Part shown: positions 39,301 to 50,507 of the stretch, piece by piece
Position numbering within the stretch: position 1 is the stretch's first letter
Layout: every line of letters starts with the position of its first letter
Source: Marsupella aquatica
Taxonomy: Eukaryota > Plantae > Marchantiophyta
Reading direction: 5' to 3'
Assembly: GCA_973895155.1 (NCBI GenBank)
Contig: OZ316894.1
Coordinates: 23,000,709 to 23,064,708, forward strand
DNA length: 64,000 nt
The notes under the pieces: generated by a model
What the model was told of the DNA's origin: nothing
Seen by the model: the letters and a program-made list of their open reading frames with translations, nothing else
Databases searched by the model: none
Made by a program: the position numbers and the translations under genes

Positions 39301-39565
39301 CACAACAAAGCCAGTCCATAATCTTCTATCATGGGAGGATGACTTGCAGGTATGTGTGGGTACAGGCATTTTTTGACCGGATCATGCTAAATTCCATGGC
39401 AAAGTGGTCCCGGATGACCATGTAGTAGTGTTGTTGACTACAGTGATTGTATCTGATTGTAATTTGCCATTTCCGAATAGAGACGATGATCCACCTCAGG
39501 AAATAATTGCAGATGCAGTAGGATCTCTTGTGCTCTGGCCATCAGAGTGTGTTAGTCTGCAGTGA
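36399..39565 (+). pseudogene. Multi-exon CACTA TnpA-like gene
   Basis: KNRWHSDLRGEVLRWLDLSI, ILKQERHRLKRMW, SELMSNARDKVK..SQAGRGSY, and C-terminal FHGKVVPDDHVVV...LPFPNRDDDPPQEIIADAVGSLVLWPSECV. Paralog of 450-3158. GT-AG introns. Confidence 0.8.
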
Positions 39566-41977
39566 TTGAATGCAAGTGTAGATAGAATCATGTGAATTGT
39601 GTCACATTTTGACATTGCCTTGGAAAGATCCAAGAAAAATCTGTACCAATTTTTCCATTTGGTAAAGAGGATGAAGGAGCCGTTGTGTGTGACATTGATA
39701 TTTCTGAATTCTGTATGTATGAAACAAGTGATTGATGTCAAACTATGGCTCTATGGTGATTGTCTATGATACTTGAATCTGTTTTGTATCATTTCAGTAT
39801 TAGTGTGTATGGTATAGAGGAATACTTTGTGACCTTCTTTGTAGTCTATGATGTTTGAATCTGTGAATTCATATTAGTGTACATGGTATAGAAGATGGCT
39901 TTCTAAAACTCTATGCGTTCTAATGTTAACATGATGAATGGTGAGCTTATAGAGTGAGTTCATTCCAAGTACACAATAAAACATGAATGGAATGTGTTAT
40001 TTCTGCACAAGAGTGAGTTCATTCCAATTAGTATAGTGGGGTCTTCATCACTCATATCCGGTTGACATGAAAGACTTATACATACCTCACAAAGTGTCTA
40101 ATTTAGTCATTTTATAAACCCACAAAGTATATTTAAAGACTACCCTCCATAACCTTTTTAGTCGTTCCCAACGATTCACCATCGCAGCCCATAAAAGACT
40201 AAAAATGACTCACCAAAGCTACCCACACAGGAAAGCCTTTTCTGAGGAAGTGTTCTAAAGGAGTATTCAATTTATATTTTTCAAAACTTTTGAAACCTTT
40301 TAAGCGACAAATGAAGTTATTTAAAGAAGACGAAGGAGTTAAAGCTCTAAATTGCTTTCACATTGAAGGATCCTTTTTAATCGACAATTGCTTTCACTAG
40401 AAGAAACCCACCCTTTTTGAGACCACAAAGAACATGACTCATCCAAGACCTTCATGAAACAGTGACTCCGAGGTTGTTGGTGTCATGTTAGTCACACCTC
40501 CTTGACTGAGTTTTGGTGAACTTTTGGGGAGTCATGTTTACAACTTTTAGGGAAGTTGCAACTATAACTCAGTTAAGGCAATTAGGTTGAAGTTATACAA
40601 GTGATTCTACATTAAAGTACAACTTATGAGAGCACAACATTTAAACCCTTCAACCTTAAAGTATGGGATCTAACCCAATACATATGATTTTGGATAAACC
40701 ATATGTCATTCCACATTAATTTAATCATAGTTTGGTCATACCATTTTAAACCATTAATGAGTATTCCATCATTATTCCTGCCCCCATTTAGACACAATGA
40801 AGCCCTAGCCCCATTCAACTGCAAATAGGGTAGCTTTCTCAAAGCTTGCTAACCTAACTTAATGCTTTTTGTAGTCAATCTCTAGTTTTTCTATCAAGGT
40901 CTTCTGGTCGTGCCAAAGGAGTGCTTATCACCCAATTTCAGCCTCACATATGCAGGTTGGGTTTACTTATTGCCATGTCCCATAAACCTTCATGTACTTT
41001 CGGCCGGCCCCCTTCGTATATGACAACCTATGCATGCTTCAGTTTCAATATAAGTCCAACTTAAATGTCCAACTTAAATATATATGAAAAGTACCCCAGC
41101 CCTAAAAATGGGTACTTTTCATAATGGTAATGTGGGGTCATACCTGACTATTTGGCCACATTTTTCACCAAAGGGTTGGCTCAAAGTTGTTCCTAACCAC
41201 TCACCCCACATATAACTATTGCGTAAGTCCTTTGGTTATCATTAGGCAAATCATAGACTTTCGTGTCTCTTTGTGAACTAATGTCTCCACTTCAATGGGA
41301 AGACAAGTGAATGGTCTTCGCGTTCGGCGTTTCTCTCTCGCACAAGGTTTTGGGAAGGTTTTTCCAAGGAGTCGGTTTGCCTCAAGGGTTTGCAAGCCAA
41401 ACAGAGCTTTGTGTGCCATTGTCATTGAGCTGGTGGGAGGTCATCGAGGCTCTTGAAGAGGGAGGTCGAATGCCATCTGTCTGACGGGAAATTCTGTCTT
41501 TGGGACTCGTGATGGTCGCGAGATGGATTGTCCGATTTGCGGTTGGAAGCAGAGACTTGCTCGGAACGTCGAGCGCTTGTGTACAAGGCAGATAGAGCTG
41601 CGTTTGTGTTTGTGCCGCGATGTAGTATCTTTGAATTGGAAAAGTGGGATTGGCGTGGGGCATCCTTTCCTCGAATGCAGGTCTCCTTTGAGGAATCTTT
41701 GGCATCGCAATGGCTTTGTCTTGTGCCATGAGCAGAGGGAGGAGTTTCTTTATTAAGCTGTACTTGAGAATACAGAGTTTGACATTATTCAACTCCTGAA
41801 CAAGCTGCTCGCGATCTTCCTGTGTCTTTTCCACTGCCTTTTTGTTGTCTTTTAGGAGGAATCTCCAGCTGCGGCTTCCATTCAAAAGGTTTACTTAGTA
41901 TTGTCCAACTGATACTCTGTATCAATGTCTTCATCTACAAACTCGCTCACATCCAGGGGTTCCTTATTCGACATGAT

Positions 41978-42553
41978 GAGCCCTACTTCCTAAAAGACAC
42001 CTTCAATCTGCTCATGGATCAGATGAACGACATCGAGTCTTACAACGGGGGAGACCAGGGGTATCTGAACAAAATCTTTCCTTCATGGTACCGGATCCCC
42101 AAGCACCTGAATTTCCTGAAGCATTTCTGGTTGAATGAGACGAAGGAACGAGACAAGAAGACGAATCTCTTCCAAGCTGTGGACCCTCCATCGTTGCATG
42201 TCATCCACTACCTTGGCAGGAAACCATGGCTCTGCTACCGGGACTACGATTGTAACTGGGACTCCGGAGAATACCGGAAGTATGCGAGCGACTCTGCACA
42301 CAGCCGCTGGTGGGAAGTGCATGACACTATGCCTGATAAGCTTCAAGACCAGTGTCTGCTACTGGCTAAGCAGAAAGCAAACATCGAGTACAATCAGAGG
42401 AGGGCTGAGGCGGCGGGCTTCAAGGATGAGCATTGGAATATCACCATCACCAATCCGCGGCAGAACATTTGCACTGAGAGCTTTTGCAATTGGCGCAGCA
42501 TGCTTAAGCATTGGGGAGAACTGCGCGTATCTCGCAGGACACTGCAGTTCTAG
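41978..42553 (+). pseudogene. GUX1: Captured C-terminal half of a GT8 xylan glucuronosyltransferase / PGSIP (GUX1-like)
   Basis: TFNLLMDQMNDIESYNGGDQGYLN.IF..WYRIPKHLNFLKHFW...VIHYLGRKPWLCYRDYDCNW...ASDSAHSRWWEVHDTMP...HW.ITI.NPR...C...FCNWRSMLKHWGE. No DxD motif or N-terminal half. Frame is open. Confidence 0.9.
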
Positions 42554-44989
42554 ACTGATCTTGTCACGGATTGGTTGTTCTTTAGATCGAAGCGCTTGTC
42601 TGCAAAAGGTTTTGGTTCCCTAAAAGTTGTTGTCAACAATGGATAACTGTCCACAAATTGACCACGTTGGCGTTTTACCCTCCATTCTACAGGAAGCTTG
42701 TGAAAAGAAGCCAGCCATAGATAAAATTAATCCAGGTGATTACAGTGTACCACAAATCTAATTCAGAATCGGGACAAAGAATGTTAGGTCGGCGTAGGCA
42801 CTAGCTGCTTTACATGATTGCACATTGATATATGGAACAACTGGCCATTTTCCAGACGGAGTTCTTGGGACAAACAACCGTAGCAAACATTTTTTGTTGA
42901 CAACCTGCTACGGGAAGATCTCTCTTGATTGAGAAGAACTGATCTAAACTTGAAGGCAAACCGAGACATGGCGACACAATAGGGTGTTTTCATGGACAAA
43001 ATTTCCGGCCGAGACGTGCCTACAGTAACAGTATTTATGGACACGGTACGGTTGATTTTCTCATTGTCACCTTCTGAAGTTCATCATCTTTTGCTAAATT
43101 CAGACTTTCTCCCTGCGTCTTTTACGATAGTCGCATTATTTAGTCTTGTCCAAGACCCCACAAGTTTGTACATGTTGCAATGCAGGCGGTTCTCTTACCT
43201 CAATTGAGTCCTACTGATCGAGATGACCCCTGATGTAGGAAGAGTATCAAATCTACGCTGAAAGCAAGGAGAAATTCACCTCGCCACGCCAGCCCCACTG
43301 GATCAGGCTCAAAGCTAAGTCATGTTGAGGCCAACCATACCATCGCTCGTTCTTCGTCTTTGCACAATCTCTTTGAACAATATCTAATCTTGAAGGCACT
43401 CCCGTATCAGCTCTACAGTTTGAGTTCAAACTTTGTTCTGCCACATTTGGGGGAATACTAGACATCCGTCTCCTGAGTCTCTGGGGTTTCAGACAGTCTC
43501 AGAGTGATGCAATCAACAGCTCATGATTTTGAGAGTCTTAGATGTACATTCATGCATGCACACTACATCCGCATTAATGGACTACCTACAATCCGTAGAA
43601 TGGACACATGCCTGTGGACAAAACTGACTAATACAGCTTTACAGAGCCACACAGATGGATCCAGTCACCCTATGGTCAACTCATGCCAGAACTTTAGAAT
43701 GTTCAATCCTCAGCAAAGACCGTTGCCGTTTCTTGCCCCTTTCCCAAGTGTCCTTAGTTTGGTCGGCCAATCACTGTGACTTCAATGGTTTGTTTCGACA
43801 CCGACAAAGTTTGTCAAAGGCAAGACTTTATCAGGAACACGAGTTCATACATTCATCGTCGGTACATGATTATATGAAGCAGTCGGTGACGTCTGCACGA
43901 GCACATACTCGTACCGGGATCCCTTCTACCTCAATTCTTGTGAGCGCACAAGGTGCAATAGAGGTTAACTGTTTGACAGAATATTTTGAAGTATATATGC
44001 AGGCTATAGAAAAGTGGGTAGAACTCCACGGCAGACTCTGACGAGTAAATAATGAACGACCCAATGTCAGATTGCAATTAGCAACGTTTCCACATATTCT
44101 TCCAATCTGCGTGATAATCAACTACACGAGGAAATAAAAAATCATGAGAAGTATATACAAGCTCTTACAATAAATCCTGGGAAATTGGAGAAGATGGTCA
44201 AGGCTCTAAAGAAGGAGAAGCTTGTCAGGGAGTTGGAGAACAAAAGGAAGGAGCGGGTACATTCTACTTGTACGAAAGTTGTAGCTACGTTCCTCTAAGG
44301 TAACAAAAGATGGCATTTTTGGGTCCTTAGGTGCTTCAGCTCGGAGTTGTTTAGGTTTCAGCGAGCTTCCCAAGCTCGCAATGCTCCTATGCCTTTCGAA
44401 CAATAGTGGCCTGGCTTCGTTCTTATAAGCTCCAGCCGGGAAGATTGTCCACTTAGCTGACATGCCAACTGCTATGACTATCATTGTCTAGTAAGGCAAG
44501 ATCTACGTCATATAGAATATGTTGAGAGACACACAACTTAACTAGTCTGCACAATTGCAATGCCATCCGTTGCTGGCCCTTGGATAGTTTGTCAACCATA
44601 GCTCGTTTGTCCCTAATGTCCCTATTATTATGTACTTTCAACCACTAACAAGGGAATTGTAAAAGTCTTTTGTCTATATGAATTAAACCTTTTGACTATG
44701 TGGTTTGATGACGCGTATGGTTCTTCCTGAATGGTCGTTAAAGTTTCCTTTTCCTAATGTTAGTTGTGACAAAAAAATTGATCACTTCCAGAATGAACTC
44801 TGCTTTCACCCTGTTATCGTGTCCATTTGAAACAACCAAGGTTCCAAGTCGTGCATTTGCCCCACCTTCCCGGTGGCGTGTGAGTTGTATCAGCACCCTG
44901 AAGATCATGAACTTTTGTGAACTTGATGGGGTCCCAGTTTTCACTTTCTGGTCCTTCGCCTTACTCTCTTTATGTTTGTGGGGATCAGG

Positions 44990-47520
44990 CTAATGGAAAT
45001 CAACAGGCAAAACCTGTTGTGAAAGTTGATGTAAATGGAGGTATGTCCGTCATTGATTCTGTTTTCCTTGCCACTCTTGAATTTTGCATTGTTTTGACGT
45101 TTGGATAGTTTTTGCATTTCTGGTTCCTCATGGAATGATAAATATCGTTGCAATGTGGATTGTTTTCATCTTTGGAATTCTGTACTGATTGATATGAAAA
45201 TGTGCTTTCCCAGATAATGGTAGGCCCAAGTCGACCCGTGCGTCCACTTCCAATCGTAAATATGTAAATGTCACTGATGCAAAGGTAGAAACCAGGGCCA
45301 CACGCTGTCCACAAGTTGTCACACAAGGCATCATTTGGGAAAAATTGGTGCCTAAGTTGACGTATAGTATCATTTTTTTCGTTACGCATTTCATCAGATG
45401 TGTGTGGTAGTTTGCCTTTCCTTTTCACATGTTTGTCTTTATTTTGCCTAGACAGATGGCACTGCGAGTCAGAGCAAAGATCACATAGCAAATGGCACTG
45501 CATTTAGCAAAGAATGTGTATTATTAAATCCTTCCAAAGGGAAAGGGCCTTTTACTCAACATTCTCTAGACACAGAAGCATTTACAGCATACGGTCGGAA
45601 AGATGCTAGTAGATTCGTCTCCTGTGATCTGGCTGGAGCTTCACCTCGACCAGGATTACAGTCTGGTTCAAAGCTATGCAGTCAATGTGGCGGGTCCAGC
45701 ACTGACCTGATGTGCACAGATTGTTGGTAAGGTTCTTGAATCATAATTTCTTGAGAAGACCACTCTGGACTATTTTTGACATAGATGTCGGTCCAGACGC
45801 AGATCATGACGATCCGATGTTGTATCGTGTTATATATTCAACTCCAACGGTGATAGACACTTGATTGTAAGGAACCACATTGGCTTGCTCCTTTGCTATG
45901 GTACATGGCACTCCGCTACTGCCACTGTAGTTCATAGCTTTGGTGTCAATGTCAAAGTTACAAGTCAAAGCAGATCAGAATTTAGACCTTTTGATGCAGT
46001 AGTGCACTCTGGAGGGAAAGTATACTCGGTGAAAGCAGTTTTGAAACGCTGCAAACAGTTTTGAGCAAATGGTTTGTGAAGAGACTAAACCCTAAGGATT
46101 TGGATTGGTGCATGAAGGTTTTACAGGAAGCAACCTAAGCGCTTTTTTGCAGCAAAAGAGGTGATGACACGCTCACTGCATGTTGTAGGCTGTTTCTAGT
46201 CATGAGTATGTGGGTATCCCGTGTGTATAGAAGTAACGTCATACTGTGCAATAATATGCTTGTCAAGGCTCCACACATGGCAAGCCTTCAGCAGTCCTTT
46301 TCACCTGTAAGTTGATGTGATCATTTTGGGGCCTCGTACTTAGAAAAATGATAAAGTTACATGCTCTGTACCTTTGAGTGTTGCAATACAGGACTTTGGG
46401 TGTGTTTCGCTAGATGTTGATGCCTAAAGTCTACACCTAAAAATTGTCGTAGGTAATCTGGTCATGCTTGTCAATTTTGACAGGATATTATCTCTATTAG
46501 ACGTCTACATTGACGAATCAGGAGTTTTCAAGTGCAAAATTGATGTAGTAAATACCGCGTGGACGTCATGCTATTAAGGATGGGATTCTCCATTGAGAGA
46601 TGTGTATATGCATTTCAGGTACCCGAACAGAATTCATCGCCTGGAATTCTGGTTAGTAAAGCTTTGACGGGATTCTTGATCCATCATTATCTTGAGGGCA
46701 AAGGTGGTTGTGTTTATGAAGCCAGTTGCAAAAGCATAGATTGTCTATTATGCAATCCCTAGCAAAATTTGGTGGGGTTAATTTTGGAAGCCGACTGGTG
46801 TGACAGGAAAAGGTTGTGGAGTTGTTTTCTTCAGAAGATGAAGAAGTCAAAGTAACTTGAGAGACGTACGATGACTTTCAAATAGCTACCCAGATAAAAG
46901 TTTATGAAACTCAAAGTGCACTGTCACCTAGGTAGGATACTTTCTAAAACTAGCACGTCTACGTCTGACAAATCTGGGAGCTTGAGCTGTGGCCTTGAAA
47001 CACCAACATGGATTCAGCAATTTTCCGTCAGGATTTCTCTATTCTGATCTTTGTCACTTTGTAGTATCCGTCCTAGAGATAGAAAGTCCTTTTTGGTTCT
47101 GGATAATTTTCTTCCTGTATGTTAAAATTTGATTTCATTCTTGTGATACTTTCCAGCATGGAGGGATTTAGAATTGCGTATCCATCTAGGTAAGATTCGT
47201 TGAAAAAGGACATTTAGACAGCTATGCAAATGTATGGGAACCTTTAAATAAAATCTCGCTTGCTCCAACCTAAATCCTATATTAGTCTTGGATTGTTGCT
47301 AATTTACTGTCTCTACAAAATGTATTGGGAGATTTGGTCTGTATGCTATAGGTAGTCCTCGCTCCCACTTTTCTTCTTGCTTGTCAATTTATGCATTATT
47401 TTTGTCTGTTTTTGTGGTCTTGAAGGATGATCCTGAAGCTGTAGAGGTTGCATACCATGACATACTCCAACTAGAACCAATGGAATTTCTCAATGATACT
47501 GTGATTGACTTCTATATTAA
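44990..47520 (+). pseudogene. Captured intron-containing 5' fragment of a C48 SUMO protease (ULP1c/d OTS-like or ULP2-like)
   Basis: Exons MEGFRIAYPSR (47158-47189) and DDPEAVEVAYHDILQLEPMEFLNDTVIDFYIK (47427-47520) with AG/GT borders. Further short AG...GT exons upstream, including KLCSQCGGSSTDLMCTDC; their assignment to the same gene is inferred. Truncated before the catalytic triad. Confidence 0.75.
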
Positions 47521-50507
47521 GTAGGTAATCTCAGCTGCAAAGGATCTTGGTTTTCGGGAGGCTCCGGCAAATCATGTTGTGTTCTATTGTACCCATGTTG
47601 CTAAAATTCTAGGGAACATCTTAGTAGTTTGGCACTTTTTCTTGGGCTTCTATTGGCTCGTTGAACTTTAGTAAAGTTGCAGTTTGTGGTCCTAGCAACA
47701 GTTGAATATTTGCTTATATCATGTGGATGTCATTCATGCTCATGTTCTGTTTATTTTTTTAGTTAATATGTTATATTATTAAAGTGTTAATATGTTATAT
47801 TTCTAAAGTGATGATGAACATGAATGTTTTTATGTAATGCAATGTGAATTGTTCATGAATTGATTATCTCTTTTTATGAACTATGACATAATTGTTATAA
47901 TTCATTTTGGATTAATCATGGTTACAACTTCCTTAAATTCAATCTCAACCTTATTAGTTATGAACATGACTATGTAGAGACTCAAATGAAAGTGTTATGT
48001 GACTCGGACCAGGGTCTCCCTTGGTCTATTATGTGACACTAAAAGATCACAAGCTAATTGCTTTTAAGGGCAAGTAAGCCATGGACATGACTTACCCTGT
48101 GACTAATTAAAGTCACATTGCAGTCATGTATCAACAAGACTAGACTTCATAATGGAGTCACAAATCAGTCACAAATGAGTATCAAGCAAGTCACAATGTC
48201 CAGTATCAATAATGACTTCTAATTTTTGGTCTCAACTTTTGCAACTCCAAGGGTCACATCCTGGGTCACGTCACGTTGAGTCACAATGAAGTCACATGAG
48301 CCAAAATGAGTCACATATTGCGGTCTCAGATAAGCTCGGATTCTTCTAGTGTTTTATATGGGAAGAATCGCTCAGGCGTTTTAAGTTGAATTCTGATTCA
48401 ACATCTCTTAAACCATTTTTTCTTTCTCTTTTCCTAAATTGAGCTCATTAGATAGAATTTAGCTTAGTTAAACTACTTTAGCCATCATTAGGAATCTTAG
48501 CTTAGGAAAGTAGTTCAAACTACTCACCTTTTCAGATCTTCTATCAATAGTTAGTTTTTAGGTAGTTAAGTAACCTTTTCAGATCTCTTTGATTTGTGAG
48601 GGAGTATTACAATTGAACTCCCAGGCAAAATTGCCTTGTCATTTTTCTCTAGAAACGATTTGTGACCAGTATGGATCTTTTCCTCATGCCAGGTTGGGCT
48701 TTAGGAGGAAGAATCGCAGAAATGAGAAAATGCACCACCCAAATTCTACTGTTATTCATGATTTCCTCGTGCATTTCTTGCAAACCTTGGAATGAATGAA
48801 TACATTTTGAGAAAACATTTCTTTGGTTTTGTATGGAAAAATATGAGTAAAGTTCTGAAATCTAGAGTTTAGAGAATTGTAGTGAAATTTCTAATGTAAA
48901 GCCGATCTCTGTTGAGTATAAGGAATTTAGGAATGGAATGAAAAAGCAAACTTCTATTGAGAAGGAGCGATAGTCTCAGAGTTTTCATATTAAAACGATT
49001 GATCATAAATATTTTGAGTGATACATAGTACTTGTGTAAGGAAAGAGACTCCTAAAGATCTCAAAGTCATTAATACCATCATAAATTGATTTCCTTTATT
49101 CCCTACGGGAACAAATTCAAGTTTCTAAGATACATTTTATAAAAGTTTCATCTAAAACGCTTACCACACAAAGACTAAGATAGACTGAAAATCCAGTCTA
49201 TTAAACGACTTATAAACCAGTTCTATAAAGGACTCAGTTGATTATAGTAACAAAACATATGACTCGCAGTCATATAAAGGACTGGAGTCATTCCCAGTCG
49301 TTTCCAAGTCCTATACGGTATTGAATAGTCATTTAATGGGGTCTAAATACCCCCCGGTTTCTACTAGTGAGTTCAGTATTTGACAAACAAACCTGATTCA
49401 TTTAGATGAAATTGATTCAATTCACAAAATTGACAAAACTGATTGCTTGGGAAGTATTTGATTGAAATGAGATTGATTCCAATTGCAAAAATGGACCCAT
49501 GGAATTGACGGAATTGATTGAAACGTACTGAGAGGGGCACAATTCTTGGATCAATATTCATGTTCTTCATCCATAATCTCGTGTAAATTTGTGAGTAGAC
49601 TATTATATGTATTCCAAAGAGCGTAACTAAGTTAGCAAGTGGGACATGGATGTCCTCTAAGGGAACAAGCCCATGCTGATCCTATTGCTAAACACCAAAA
49701 GAGAAAGATTAGATTTTTTTTAAAAGCGTTATGGCAGTTGTTTAGATTGGAGCCTTTTTCAGAACTTTCAATGTGATGAAAACCTAGCTAGCTCTAGATC
49801 TTTCTCCACTGAAGAGGCTCTTTCAAAAGCGTCACCCTGGAGTGGTGAAGTAAGTTCAATGCAAAAGCTATCTTTCCCATGTCTATCTTCTTGGAGCCAA
49901 GAAGATTGTCGACAGATTAAAATCAAGCCATTCCACATAACCGGATTTGGCTAGAAGTACAGATCCCAATTATGGTCTGGAGAAATTCATTGCTCCTACT
50001 AATACTGGTACCCGATGTCCTTCCTCCTTATTTAATTTATTTCAATTGACTCGTTTGTCGGACTACCGGTAAAATTCAGTTGATCATCGTCGGACTATTA
50101 AGTCAGAGATCGACATGAGATTAAAATTTGAGCGTTAGATCGATAGCAACCTACCTCATCGAGGATTCAATGGCATCAGCTCCATTGAGGAATGCACATC
50201 ACCACAAAAGTAGAGACTGAGAGAGGAAAATATCAAGCCTTCATGCAATCTCTAGATCATTCTCCAAGACTAGAGCAAAATTCTTTGTGAGGTCTGAGCG
50301 AAGCACACAACTTTATTGGAGGTGAGAACTGTGTCTCAAATTAAAGACACTACAAAAGGGGCAAGTCTCATATTTCACTCTCATTGGTGTGTTTAGATAC
50401 AGGACTCTATCTGTCCCAGGTCTCTGTTTATTTGCCAAATGCAGGTTTTCAATTGTTGAATCTCCTCCTCACTCTCTTCATTTTCCCCTTACCCAATCCC
50501 AGGTCTC

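Larger units (their letters stand above)
40395..48351 (+). mobile_element. Non-autonomous Pack-CACTA (7957 bp) carrying host gene fragments
   Basis: 30-bp TIRs CACTAGAAGAAACCCACCCTTTTTGAGACC / rc CACTAGAAGAATCCGAGCTTATCTGAGACC (24/30). TSD TTT/TTT. No transposase. 3' end shared with element 1-4340. Confidence 0.92.
8344..49369 (+). mobile_element. 41-kb CACTA transposon (~15.5-kb core plus nested insertions)
   Basis: Left TIR CACTAGTAGAAATCGGGGCAATTTAGAC; right TIR (rc) CACTAGTAGAAACCGGGGGGTATTTAGAC. TSD CGT/AGT (one mismatch). Joined flanks CAGCTTC-[CGT]-TCAGTATTTGAC match the uninterrupted CAGCTTC-CAT-TCAGTACTTGAC at 62693-62714. Contains TnpD- and TnpA-like genes. Confidence 0.88.
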
